Assembly (NCBI GenBank): GCA_048213135.1 | Contig: PS015009.1 | Coordinates: forward strand, 1,426,001 to 1,490,000 | Reading direction: 5' to 3' | Length of the DNA: 64,000 nt | Source: Reclinomonas americana ATCC 50394 | Lineage: Eukaryota | In this document: in pieces, positions 1 to 9,348 of the stretch | How the letters are laid out: every line of letters starts with the position of its first letter | Numbering within the stretch: the first letter of the stretch is position 1 | Program-made: the position numbers and the translations under genes | Notes under the pieces: model-generated | The model's input: the letters and a program-made list of their open reading frames with translations, nothing else | The model's database searches: none | What the model was told of the DNA's origin: nothing

Positions 1-123
1 ATTAATGAATATGCGGATGCGGGAATGTGCGGATTGAAATTCACTGCCCACTGACTTTGTTTACTTTTCATGTAGCTGGTCCCATTGGCACATCTGCATA
101 TCGTTTAATTCACACATTCACTT

Positions 124-735
124 ATGCCGCACATTGCACACCTGACCAAAGACAAAAAACTCGCTGCAGTTGTTCTTCAGCAGGAAAAATATATACTCAG
201 GAAAAGAAAGAATATTCACCTTCACCTGTGCAACTCCATTATGAGCCAGCAACTGAGTACAAAGGTGGCGGATGTATTCCAGCAGCGCTTCCTGGACCTG
301 TATGGCGGAAAAACACCAACCGCTGAAGCCGTGGTGGCCACACCTTTTGAAACCTTGCGTGGAATAGGTTTGAGCAATGCCAAAGCGAATTATGTATTGA
401 ATGTATGCCGGTTTTTTATTGAGAAAAAAATAACCGATGCGCAACTGCATAAAATGGAAAACGAAGAGGTGATCGCTTTTTTGACACAGATAAAAGGCGT
501 GGGCCGCTGGACAGTGGAAATGATACTCATGTTCACGCTGGGCCGGGAAGATATTTTTGCCGTGGATGATTTGGGTATACAACAGGCGGTATGCAAACTC
601 TATAAAATTGATCCCGCCGATAAAAAAGCCATGAAGGAAAAGATGCTGAAAGTATCTGCCAAATGGAGCCCCTACCGTACTTATGCCTGTAAATATCTAT
701 GGGGATGGAAGGACAATACGCCTGCTGGTAGTTAG
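124..735 (+). CDS. alkA: DNA-3-methyladenine glycosylase II (AlkA family, HhH-GPD)
   Basis: SIMSQQLS motif, HhH 'LTQIKGVGRWTVEM', 'DDLG', 'WSPYRTYA'. Confidence 0.88.
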   Translation: MPHIAHLTKDKKLAAVVLQQEKYILRKRKNIHLHLCNSIMSQQLSTKVADVFQQRFLDLYGGKTPTAEAVVATPFETLRGIGLSNAKANYVLNVCRFFIEKKITDAQLHKMENEEVIAFLTQIKGVGRWTVEMILMFTLGREDIFAVDDLGIQQAVCKLYKIDPADKKAMKEKMLKVSAKWSPYRTYACKYLWGWKDNTPAGS

Positions 736-800
736 TATTGAGTATCAAGAGAAGTTTTCCTGTATTGATAAACTCATCTTGCTACCTGCTACTCGCTACT
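728..800. repeat. REP/MITE-like palindromic element (heptamer arms), copy 1
   Basis: gtagttagtattgagtatcaaga...tcttgctacctgctactcgctac. Its core in reverse complement (caagatgagtttatcaatac) resembles the copies at 37.9 kb and 45.1 kb. Lies between convergent genes. Confidence 0.65.
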
Positions 801-815
801 GATCTTCTTTGGAGA

Positions 816-1289
816 TCAAAATACAATTGAGTCTGCGATCCTTTCAAGATAACGCTGATCGGTTTCATCAAACTGATCCAATAGTTCACTGTCAACATCC
901 AGCACACCGATCACTTCACCATTGCGGATAACAGGTATCACAATTTCCGACCTGGATAAACTGCTGCAGGCGATATGCCCCGGGAATTTTTCCACGTCGG
1001 GTACAATGAGGGTGCGTGCCTGTTCCCAGCTGGCGCCGCAAACACCTCGTCCCTTTTTAATTCGGGTGCAGGCCACCGGTCCCTGGAAAGGTCCCAGCAC
1101 CAGTTCACCTTCTTTTACGAGGTAAAATCCCACCCACAACCAGCCGAACTGTTCTTTAAGCGCCGCCACGGTGTTGGCCAGGTTGGCCACGAGGTCGGGT
1201 TCGCCTTCAATCAGCGCGTTAACCTGCGGAATGAGGGATTCGTAGATTTCTGATTTGGTACCCTGTATGATGTGGAGGTCTTCTGCCAT
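816..1289 (-). CDS. msrC: GAF-domain protein, free methionine-R-sulfoxide reductase (MsrC/YebR family)
   Basis: WVGFY, LGPFQGPVAC, GRGVCG, FPGHIAC, SEIV, DVDS motifs; TATCTTTG box just upstream. Confidence 0.88.
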   Translation of the reverse strand: MAEDLHIIQGTKSEIYESLIPQVNALIEGEPDLVANLANTVAALKEQFGWLWVGFYLVKEGELVLGPFQGPVACTRIKKGRGVCGASWEQARTLIVPDVEKFPGHIACSSLSRSEIVIPVIRNGEVIGVLDVDSELLDQFDETDQRYLERIADSIVF

Positions 1290-1310
1290 ACCACAAAGAT
1301 AGATAATGAT

Positions 1311-2522
1311 CTATTGCAGCCGCACCACATTACCTATTTGTACAGGCTGGGGAGGCATAAACTGTCCATTGGGCAGCATTTGTGGCTGAAAGGCGAAAAT
1401 GCCACCCTGCGGAGTGACCGCGTACATAAAATTCGGGGTTTGATAGGTCCATGCCGCAATATTATCACGTGGCGGAGTGCTCCATCCTACCTGCATTGAC
1501 TGACCATTCACCGGGTCTACCGCCATAATCCTTCCCCTGTTGGTAACCAGGTACTGAACCGGGTATTGGTCATGCCAGAAAAAACACTGGATGGTATAGG
1601 TTTCCGATGGCTGGGACGGAGCAGTACTTGCCAGAGAAGCATCATCTGTTTGTTCCTGCGACTGGATATGGAACCTGTCTGCTTTCTGTGTTGCTTCCCG
1701 TTCAATACCATTATAATCGCGGGCATAATTGTAGGCAAACATTTCAACTCCCATTCTTTCATATTGTTCCACATGTGTCAGCTCATGCACCCACCAGGAA
1801 GTGGCATAAGGCGGCGGCTGGTTATTAAATACAATAATATCATCGACAGTTACAGCGAAATAATCGTTGCCAAACAGTTTTTGTCCCTGGCCGATAAAAT
1901 TGGGTAAAGTGATCTCTATATTACCGACGCAGTATTTGGCCCGGTTAAGTGTAGAGGGCGAAAAGTAACCGGCTAAAGCCTGTTTGATATTGGCCGGAAG
2001 TGGCTGTGCATCTGCCAGGTGCCGTTGCCGGGCTGCCCGTATGGCCGCGGCCAGCGGCGCCGCTACTACCTGGAATGGGTTCTGGCCTTTCAAAACATTT
2101 CCTACAGCATTGGCCCCGCTTGTGCCCAGCTGGTTATAGAACTGGTTGGAGAAAGTGGCTACATCAAAAACAAATTTTCCCGGAGTGCCAAAATTATTGG
2201 AAAAGGCCAGCGCCTTATCATACAAAAATGTGCCGGGGCGGTTAACGAGGTCTACGGCATTGGGAATACCTGACCCAACGGTGTTGGCTATTTGCTGGTA
2301 AGGTTGATAAATTGTAGAAGGGCTGGCGTTGCCGGTAGCGACTTTGGCCGAATTGATCACTACCTGGGTGGGAGCTGTAAGCATTTGAACACCGCTGTTT
2401 ACAACCGTACCTACCACATTTCCTACAGAACTTAAAATATCTCCGAATTGCGCTTTTATATACGCCGGAAATAAAAGGAATGCGATCACCAGCATTTGAA
2501 CGCTTGGTTTACCTGTTTTCAT
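1311..2522 (-). CDS. Secreted DUF4157-like HExxH protein
   Basis: Signal peptide ending 'IKAQ'; 'AVTVDDIIVF...WWVHELTHVEQY...IEREA' pattern. Start chosen at MKTGK; the ORF extends to 2561. Confidence 0.7.
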   Translation of the reverse strand: MKTGKPSVQMLVIAFLLFPAYIKAQFGDILSSVGNVVGTVVNSGVQMLTAPTQVVINSAKVATGNASPSTIYQPYQQIANTVGSGIPNAVDLVNRPGTFLYDKALAFSNNFGTPGKFVFDVATFSNQFYNQLGTSGANAVGNVLKGQNPFQVVAAPLAAAIRAARQRHLADAQPLPANIKQALAGYFSPSTLNRAKYCVGNIEITLPNFIGQGQKLFGNDYFAVTVDDIIVFNNQPPPYATSWWVHELTHVEQYERMGVEMFAYNYARDYNGIEREATQKADRFHIQSQEQTDDASLASTAPSQPSETYTIQCFFWHDQYPVQYLVTNRGRIMAVDPVNGQSMQVGWSTPPRDNIAAWTYQTPNFMYAVTPQGGIFAFQPQMLPNGQFMPPQPVQIGNVVRLQ

Positions 2523-2589
2523 TTTGCAGAAGTTTAGGCGACAAATTTTAGCAACAGGCAAACGGGGGTCAATGGTGTTTTAACGGTAT

Positions 2590-3603
2590 TTAGTATTTTT
2601 TCAGTGCATCGGCATAGCCGTTAAAATCATGGAACAACGCCGACCAGCCCGGAACGGAGAATTCATAATCCCACGGTTCGATATACCTGGCCCGGATGAG
2701 CTTCGCCTGTTCAAACACTTTGGCGTAATCGCCGGAAGGAAAGCTGGCGGTATTGTCGGAACGGTCAACAACCTGGCAGTAGATATCGCCGGGGAAATTT
2801 TGCAGAACAGTGATCAGCGCGGGCTGGTACGTGGTATTACCCGAGATCCACCACATGGCGGCACCCACGCGGTGCTGCAATGTATTATCGTTCCAGAGAT
2901 TGCTGATGATGGAAGCAGCCGGCGTGGTAGAGTTGAACAATTCGTGTACTTCAAAAGCCAGGGCTTTTTTACTAAAGGCCGCGGCGAATTTTTTTGCATT
3001 CAGCAGCGAAGCGTCAATCCATTTGGCTTCGGTATAACCGGCAGCGGTAAACGCAGTTTGATTAAAACCATTAAGATGGCCTTCGATACCATTGGCCGTC
3101 ATTTGCGGAATGTAAACCAGTTGCAGGGAAGCGTCGTCGTTATATTTTTCCGCCAGTTTACCGGCCAGCCTGGCCAGGCAGGTTTGAACGGTATTGTCCC
3201 AGATAAGGGGAAGTTTATAAGGCGTGCCGCGGAACAGGTAGTCAAAATAAGGTACATGACGCTGGGTAATGAGCCATTCGGGACTGCCAATGCCGCCGGC
3301 CAGTACGCCCAGGGAATATTTTTTGCCGCGGCTGCGGATGGCGCTCAGCTGGTTGTCGATAGCGGTGAAATTGAAATTGCCGTCGGTGGGTTCTATATCC
3401 TTCCAGAACACCCTTACCAGAACACCCCTCGATTCGGCATGGTCGAGCACGACAGCGGAAGTACTGCCGGCGCTGGAATAAACCCCGGTTGGTTTGCTGA
3501 CGGTTTCCGTTGCGGGAGCGGTTGTACCCTGGTCGCCGCTTTTGCTGCAGGAGTAAAGATTGGGTAATAGAAAGAAAAGTGCGTAGAGGAGCTTCTTTTT
3601 CAA
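2590..3603 (-). CDS. Lipoprotein with glycoside-hydrolase-like (beta-galactosidase/GH42-like TIM barrel) domain
   Basis: Lipobox 'LYSC'; 'VRVFWKDIEPTDGNFNFTAID' resembles the N-terminus of clan GH-A enzymes; TTG start. Confidence 0.55.
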   Translation of the reverse strand: MKKKLLYALFFLLPNLYSCSKSGDQGTTAPATETVSKPTGVYSSAGSTSAVVLDHAESRGVLVRVFWKDIEPTDGNFNFTAIDNQLSAIRSRGKKYSLGVLAGGIGSPEWLITQRHVPYFDYLFRGTPYKLPLIWDNTVQTCLARLAGKLAEKYNDDASLQLVYIPQMTANGIEGHLNGFNQTAFTAAGYTEAKWIDASLLNAKKFAAAFSKKALAFEVHELFNSTTPAASIISNLWNDNTLQHRVGAAMWWISGNTTYQPALITVLQNFPGDIYCQVVDRSDNTASFPSGDYAKVFEQAKLIRARYIEPWDYEFSVPGWSALFHDFNGYADALKKY

Positions 3604-3742
3604 GACCAGTTAGTTTACCGTTAGACTATAGCAGGTGAAAAGGTTTAATGACAGCCGGATTAACAAAAATAGAAACCGGGATTGAATACCAAACGGCCGG
3701 CCAATACGTTTTAGCTGTATATTCGTCTGTAATATCGTGCTT

Positions 3743-4003
3743 ATGAAACAAATGCTGAGATTGAATGTGGTGGTGCCGCTGGTGCTTGCCGGGTTCCTGA
3801 TTGCCACCTTATCCTTTCTTTATTTCCCCTTTTTCGCCATTCTCTCCTTTGCATTTAAGGTGTTCGTTCTGGTTTGCGTTATCGACCTCATTTGTAAGAC
3901 AAACCTGAGGAAGCCTTTAGGGCTGGTACTGATCATGATGTTCATTGTGGCCATAAGCGGGCTGCTTGCGATTGCCCTGTTGCATTACCTGGGTTTTTAT
4001 TAA
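3743..4003 (+). CDS. Small hypothetical membrane protein (about 3 TM)
   Basis: Three hydrophobic stretches; fills the intergenic space. Confidence 0.55.
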   Translation: MKQMLRLNVVVPLVLAGFLIATLSFLYFPFFAILSFAFKVFVLVCVIDLICKTNLRKPLGLVLIMMFIVAISGLLAIALLHYLGFY

Positions 4004-4172
4004 TGACCCGGTCTTAGTTACCCGGCTGCCGGTTATCCTGTTTTACATTTAGATTAAGTCCGCCCTTTTTACGGTCAGGGATACAATTTTTACGGCGAAA
4101 ATCCGTTGTACAGCAGCATTCCCTGTTATCCTCCAATATCCATGTCTGGTTCACTACCTCTAAAACCGCCAA

Positions 4173-7100
4173 ATGAGAAGATTTATTACCCTGCTGGTAA
4201 CAATCGTTATCGTACACACCTGCACCGCCCAGCTCGACAAACAATATGTTTTTACGGAAACGAACGGCACCTATACACCGCTTAGCGGCGGCACTCCCTA
4301 CTGGCCTTCCGGGCCCGCAGTAAACGTGGTCCCGCTCCCCTTCTCTTTTACCTATGCCGGAACGGCTTACAGCAGTTTCAGCCTGCAGAATTATTACGGC
4401 TCTATCCCGGTGGGTTGTATTGTATTAGGCCCCGACCCTTATAACGGCGCCGCCATGATCGCGGCCAACAGCTACCTGTCTGACGAGTATACTATATTCA
4501 CAAAAACGGAAGGCACTGCACCCAACCGCGTTTTTATTATAGAAACCAATGCCATCGTTTCGTTGAATGACCAGTGCTCTCCCACAACAAGCCACAATTC
4601 ATCACAGATACGGTTATACGAAACCAGTAATAAGATTGAACTGGTATACGGGCTTTTCAGGATGGGGTCCGCATCAGACAAACCCCTCTGCGGCGCATAC
4701 GATATCAAAACACTCATCGGTTTAAAAAACGGTACGGATACACTGAAAGTAACCACCACAAAAAAATACGGCTGGGATAACGCGGCCCTGCAGGCCGGAG
4801 ACAGTTACTTCAATATCCTTTGCAAACCATCACCGGGAAAGACTTTCAGCTTTACTCCCAATACCGCCTATACCTGCGCCAATGACCCGGTTACGGTAAC
4901 AGGCGGCACCGCAACCGTGATTGACAACTATGTTGACCAGTATGCATTGGTTACAATGCAGGTAAATGGCTCTTCCAACAGCACAGCGCTAAGTTTTCAA
5001 TGGCAGCAGTCGGCAGACAACAGCGTGTGGACAGACATCTCCGGAGCGACAAAATATTACCTCACCCGCCAGGTAAGCAGTACAGGCTGGTACAGGCGTA
5101 AGGTCACCTGCGAAGGCAACAGTGCCAGCTTTTATTCCCAGCCGGTGAAGATCACCATAAAACCGTTTTACGAAAGTTATTGCATACCCACTTACCCCGC
5201 AGCCACCAGTACTTCTACCGATAATTATACCATCACCCGTGTGGCGATTGACGGCACTACGCTCAACTCGGAACAAGTGTCTTACCAGGGCAACTCCTAT
5301 TATAGCCAACCCTACCAGCGTTTTCCGCAGAGTGGCAGCACTACTGCAGATGTGAACAGGGGCGTTGCCTATAAATATAAAATTCGTGGTGTTGCATTTA
5401 ATGTGGGCTGGGTGTGGCTGGACATTAACCGGAACGGTGTTTTTGAAGCGACCGAAAAACTCCGCGACATTCCTTTGTTCCCATCCCCCGGCCGGACAGA
5501 CAGTTTTTACTTCACCATTCCGGCTGCCACAGACACCGGTCTTACCTGCCTGCGGATACGAACGCTTACTTCCGGACATGCGGGCCCGCAAAACGGGTGC
5601 AGCGCACTGGATGGCTGGGGCGAAACGGAAGATTATATTATCCGCATTACAGCAGGCGCCTGTACATCGGCACCTGCAGGAGGTACAGCGGTTACCAATA
5701 AAAGCAATATATGCGGCGCTGAAAATTTTGTGCTCCGGGTAAATGGCGCCGGCGGACAAGCGGGTACCAGTTTTCAATGGCAATCCTCGCCAGACAGCCT
5801 GGTATGGAACGACATTGCTGCCGCTGTTGCGGATACACTTTCCACAACACAGGCAGCCACTCACTGGTACCGGAGAAAGATCAGTTGTTCTTCCTACGGT
5901 AATTTTTCTGAGGCGGTAAAGGTCAGCACCATCGTATTGCAGGGCGGTATGGCAAATACAACCGCAAGCAGTTACAACTGCGGTTTTAGTGAATATACCT
6001 TGTCGGTTACCGGCGGATCAACCGGGGATTATCAATGGCAATCCTCTCCCGACAGCAGCGCCTGGACAAACATAAATGGCGCCGTAGCAGCCACACACAA
6101 TGCATCGGCTATGGCTACAACCTATTACAGGCGGCAGGTGAGTTGCACCGGTGGATCAACAGTATATTCTTCCGGCGTAAAAGTAACGGTAACAGCACCC
6201 ATCGGCGGAACTACACTGGCAGCGGATTCTGTGAGTTGTGCCGGTAACGTATCTGTTTCGGTAAGCGGGGCATCTTATAACCCGGGTATCAGCTTTCAGT
6301 GGCAATCGTCTGCCGATGGCAGCAGCTGGACAAACATCAGCAACCAGCAAAATGAAACACTGAATACTTTCATCAATACAGCAACCTGGTTCCGCAGGAG
6401 AACAGGATGCGGCAGCATGGAGGCATTTTCTTCCGCTAAAAAAATAAATATAAAAGCACCGCTTGCGGGCCAGGCATCGGCTAACCCGGCAACGGTGACC
6501 TGCGGCAGCCCGGTAACACTGAATGCCAGCATTAACCTGGCAGATGTGGCTTACCAATGGCAGCAGTCGGCAGACAGCATCAGCTGGAATGACATCAGCG
6601 GCGCTGTTGATACCAGTCTTATTATAACCCCTTCGGCCCCTGCATTTTACAGGAGAACGGCTACCTGCTCTGGTGTAAGTGCAGCATCTGTACCGGTTAA
6701 GGTGATGCTGGATCCTATGGAAGGCGGAACTACACAGGGGCCAACGGGGCCGTATGAATGTCCCGACGGGCCTTATCCCTATTCTGTAGCGGGCGGCAGC
6801 GCCGGAACGTACCAATGGCAGCAATCTGCCGACGGTCTTGCCTGGGTTAACATCACAGGAGCCGTTAATCCAGATTTTGAAGCCTATCCTGCCGGAACAA
6901 CCTGGTACCGCCGTATGGTGAAATGTGCGGGTGCCGACAGTGCTTTTTCAACCCCGGTGAAACTGGAGATATCCGGTCCGGCGGGTGGTATTACAGAAAC
7001 CAGCGACACCATTTTTCAATGCGGCAACAGCCCCTTGTTGTTATCCGTAGTACAGGGAAGCGGTGGCGTTTCTTCCGTAACATTTACCTGGCAGGTTTCG

Positions 7101-9134
7101 AAAGACAATGCGACCTGGCTGGATATGAATTCGCCAACGGTACATGATCCCTATACCGGAGTTTCCCCGGACACCACATCTTACTACCGCAGGAAAACAA
7201 GTTGTGGCGGAGCCGACGCATTTTCTGTACCCGTTAAGATCAGGGTGGTAAGCGAACCGAATAACAGTATAACGGTAAAGGGTAGTGGCAGATCCTGCCC
7301 CGGCAGCGACTTTACTGTTGCGGTGATCAATGCTGGCGACACAACCGGCGCGGTGTACCAATGGCAGCAATCTGCGGATGGCAGCACCTGGAATAATATC
7401 ACTGGCGCAACAGCATCAATACTGACCACTACACAATCCGCCGCTACATGGTATCGCCGGAGTATTGTTAAGCCCTGTGGCAGCCAGCAAACCTATTCAG
7501 CACCTGTACAGGTTGCCATGGAACCGTTCTACAATTGCTATTGTTATGCGATACAGGAGACGGGTTGTACCGATGCAGCGATTGTCAATGTAAAACTCAA
7601 CGAAACAGCGGGAAGCAATGCCATCGTTAATCCTACCGGTTGCAACATCGCCCCTTCCGGCAGCGGCTACTACATACCACGGAATGCGTATATCATTTTT
7701 AATACCGGTCCATTCCGTACAAGTACTTTGCAACGTGGCGAAACGTACAATGCTGAGGTTACGGCGCAGACCGGTCTTTCACTTGCAACAGCTCCGGCAG
7801 AGCAGGCAGACATCTATATCGACTTTAATCACAACGGTGTTTTTGACGCAGATGAAAAGTTCAGCAAACGTTCGATACGTACCAGCACAACAGCAGCGTC
7901 TTTACTGGGAATGGAAATACGCATACCTGCCGGTGCACAGCCGGGCCTTACAGGAATGCGGGTGCGTTATCATGCAGATACACTGAACAAAGCCTCCTGC
8001 GACACCCTGAATTATGGTGAAACGGAAGATTACACCATAACCATCGACAACAATACACCCCCGGGGATCAGTGAAGGACAACCATATAACACCTGTATCA
8101 GCGGCACCAGCCTGGTGATCAGCAATGCCCATAACAATACCACAACCTGGCAAAAACTGTACGACAGTAACGGGGACGTGATCGCCGAACTCAATGCACA
8201 CGGCAACCAGCTGGATACGGTAAAAACAACCTTGTATGTCAACAATGGAGACGAAAGACAGGACCTGAACGGACGTTTTTACCTGGATCGCAGTGTTACC
8301 ATCAAACCCGGAACGCAACCCTCTACACCGGTAAGTGTGCGCCTGTATTTTACGCAGGAAGAACTGGATCGTCTGAAAGCCGTGGATGCACAGGCCGGCA
8401 CCGGGAACCTGAATATTACAAAAGTATCTGCGGATTGCCCGGCAGAACCCAACAGCAACAATACATTCATCAATACCAGCGGCGTGAGCGCTTACCTGGG
8501 CGATTATTACCTGCAGTTTGATGTAAACTCCTTCTCTACTTTCTTCCTGCACAGCGGCAAAGCACAGACATCTGTACTGGGCGACTGGCGTGTTAGTCCG
8601 GACGGATACCGCAACCGGCTGTACTGGTCTGCCGCAACAGAAAGAGGTTGTAACCGATTTGAAGTGGAACGCTCTTTAGACGGAATTAATTTTACGCCGA
8701 TCGGAACTGTGCATTCCCAATCCACAAATGGTAACAGCACCATTACGCTGAATTATAGCTTTGATGATGCGAATGCGCCTGGCATTGTTATATACTACCG
8801 GTTAAGAATATACGATAATTCAGGTAACTCTTCTTACTCTGCAATATTAAAAGTGAACGGCAATGCCATTCCGCAATTAAGTTTTGAAAAGCTCCGGCCC
8901 AACCCGGCCACGGCCTATACCGAAATGATCATCGTTTCCCCCGATGTTGCACATATGGATATTGTAATCACCGGCATCAACGGGCAAAAAGTACAGGAAA
9001 GTCGGGTTGCGTTGGTACGCGGAGAGAACAGGATACGGCTGAATATCAGTTCACTGGCGCCCGGCCTGTATTTTATAAAAGGACTTTGCGAAAAAGGTTG
9101 CGACAGGATGATACAGAAATTGGTGAAGCAATAA
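4173..9134 (+). CDS. Large T9SS-secreted surface protein with two GEVED domains and 8 Ig-like repeats
   Basis: Signal peptide; two 'GETEDY' motifs preceded by 'xDxNxNGVF'; eight 'QWQxSxD..W.xI' repeats; CTD 'PNPA...LAPGLYFIK...KLVKQ'. Confidence 0.88.
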   Translation: MRRFITLLVTIVIVHTCTAQLDKQYVFTETNGTYTPLSGGTPYWPSGPAVNVVPLPFSFTYAGTAYSSFSLQNYYGSIPVGCIVLGPDPYNGAAMIAANSYLSDEYTIFTKTEGTAPNRVFIIETNAIVSLNDQCSPTTSHNSSQIRLYETSNKIELVYGLFRMGSASDKPLCGAYDIKTLIGLKNGTDTLKVTTTKKYGWDNAALQAGDSYFNILCKPSPGKTFSFTPNTAYTCANDPVTVTGGTATVIDNYVDQYALVTMQVNGSSNSTALSFQWQQSADNSVWTDISGATKYYLTRQVSSTGWYRRKVTCEGNSASFYSQPVKITIKPFYESYCIPTYPAATSTSTDNYTITRVAIDGTTLNSEQVSYQGNSYYSQPYQRFPQSGSTTADVNRGVAYKYKIRGVAFNVGWVWLDINRNGVFEATEKLRDIPLFPSPGRTDSFYFTIPAATDTGLTCLRIRTLTSGHAGPQNGCSALDGWGETEDYIIRITAGACTSAPAGGTAVTNKSNICGAENFVLRVNGAGGQAGTSFQWQSSPDSLVWNDIAAAVADTLSTTQAATHWYRRKISCSSYGNFSEAVKVSTIVLQGGMANTTASSYNCGFSEYTLSVTGGSTGDYQWQSSPDSSAWTNINGAVAATHNASAMATTYYRRQVSCTGGSTVYSSGVKVTVTAPIGGTTLAADSVSCAGNVSVSVSGASYNPGISFQWQSSADGSSWTNISNQQNETLNTFINTATWFRRRTGCGSMEAFSSAKKINIKAPLAGQASANPATVTCGSPVTLNASINLADVAYQWQQSADSISWNDISGAVDTSLIITPSAPAFYRRTATCSGVSAASVPVKVMLDPMEGGTTQGPTGPYECPDGPYPYSVAGGSAGTYQWQQSADGLAWVNITGAVNPDFEAYPAGTTWYRRMVKCAGADSAFSTPVKLEISGPAGGITETSDTIFQCGNSPLLLSVVQGSGGVSSVTFTWQVSKDNATWLDMNSPTVHDPYTGVSPDTTSYYRRKTSCGGADAFSVPVKIRVVSEPNNSITVKGSGRSCPGSDFTVAVINAGDTTGAVYQWQQSADGSTWNNITGATASILTTTQSAATWYRRSIVKPCGSQQTYSAPVQVAMEPFYNCYCYAIQETGCTDAAIVNVKLNETAGSNAIVNPTGCNIAPSGSGYYIPRNAYIIFNTGPFRTSTLQRGETYNAEVTAQTGLSLATAPAEQADIYIDFNHNGVFDADEKFSKRSIRTSTTAASLLGMEIRIPAGAQPGLTGMRVRYHADTLNKASCDTLNYGETEDYTITIDNNTPPGISEGQPYNTCISGTSLVISNAHNNTTTWQKLYDSNGDVIAELNAHGNQLDTVKTTLYVNNGDERQDLNGRFYLDRSVTIKPGTQPSTPVSVRLYFTQEELDRLKAVDAQAGTGNLNITKVSADCPAEPNSNNTFINTSGVSAYLGDYYLQFDVNSFSTFFLHSGKAQTSVLGDWRVSPDGYRNRLYWSAATERGCNRFEVERSLDGINFTPIGTVHSQSTNGNSTITLNYSFDDANAPGIVIYYRLRIYDNSGNSSYSAILKVNGNAIPQLSFEKLRPNPATAYTEMIIVSPDVAHMDIVITGINGQKVQESRVALVRGENRIRLNISSLAPGLYFIKGLCEKGCDRMIQKLVKQ

Positions 9135-9292
9135 CAAAAAAGAAAGCGGAGGCTCCGTAGAGAAAGAGTCCCCGCTGTAGGTATGATAAATCAATCAACT
9201 GTTGTATTAATACAGAACGAAAGTAAAAAGTTGGTAGAAGGGGTGCAATAGGTAGAAATACGGGTTTTTGTAAACAAGGCCCCGATACTCAA

Positions 9293-9332
9293 AATAAACA
9301 AGGCCGCAACTTTCGTCGCGGCCTTGTTTATT
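9293..9332. terminator. Bidirectional intrinsic terminator
   Basis: aataaacaaggccgc / gcggccttgtttatt inverted repeat between convergent genes. Confidence 0.75.
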
Positions 9333-9348
9333 ATCGTTAGTGTTATTC

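Noticed and set aside
2629-3567. 312-aa + strand ORF
   Set aside because: Antisense shadow of the lipoprotein gene.
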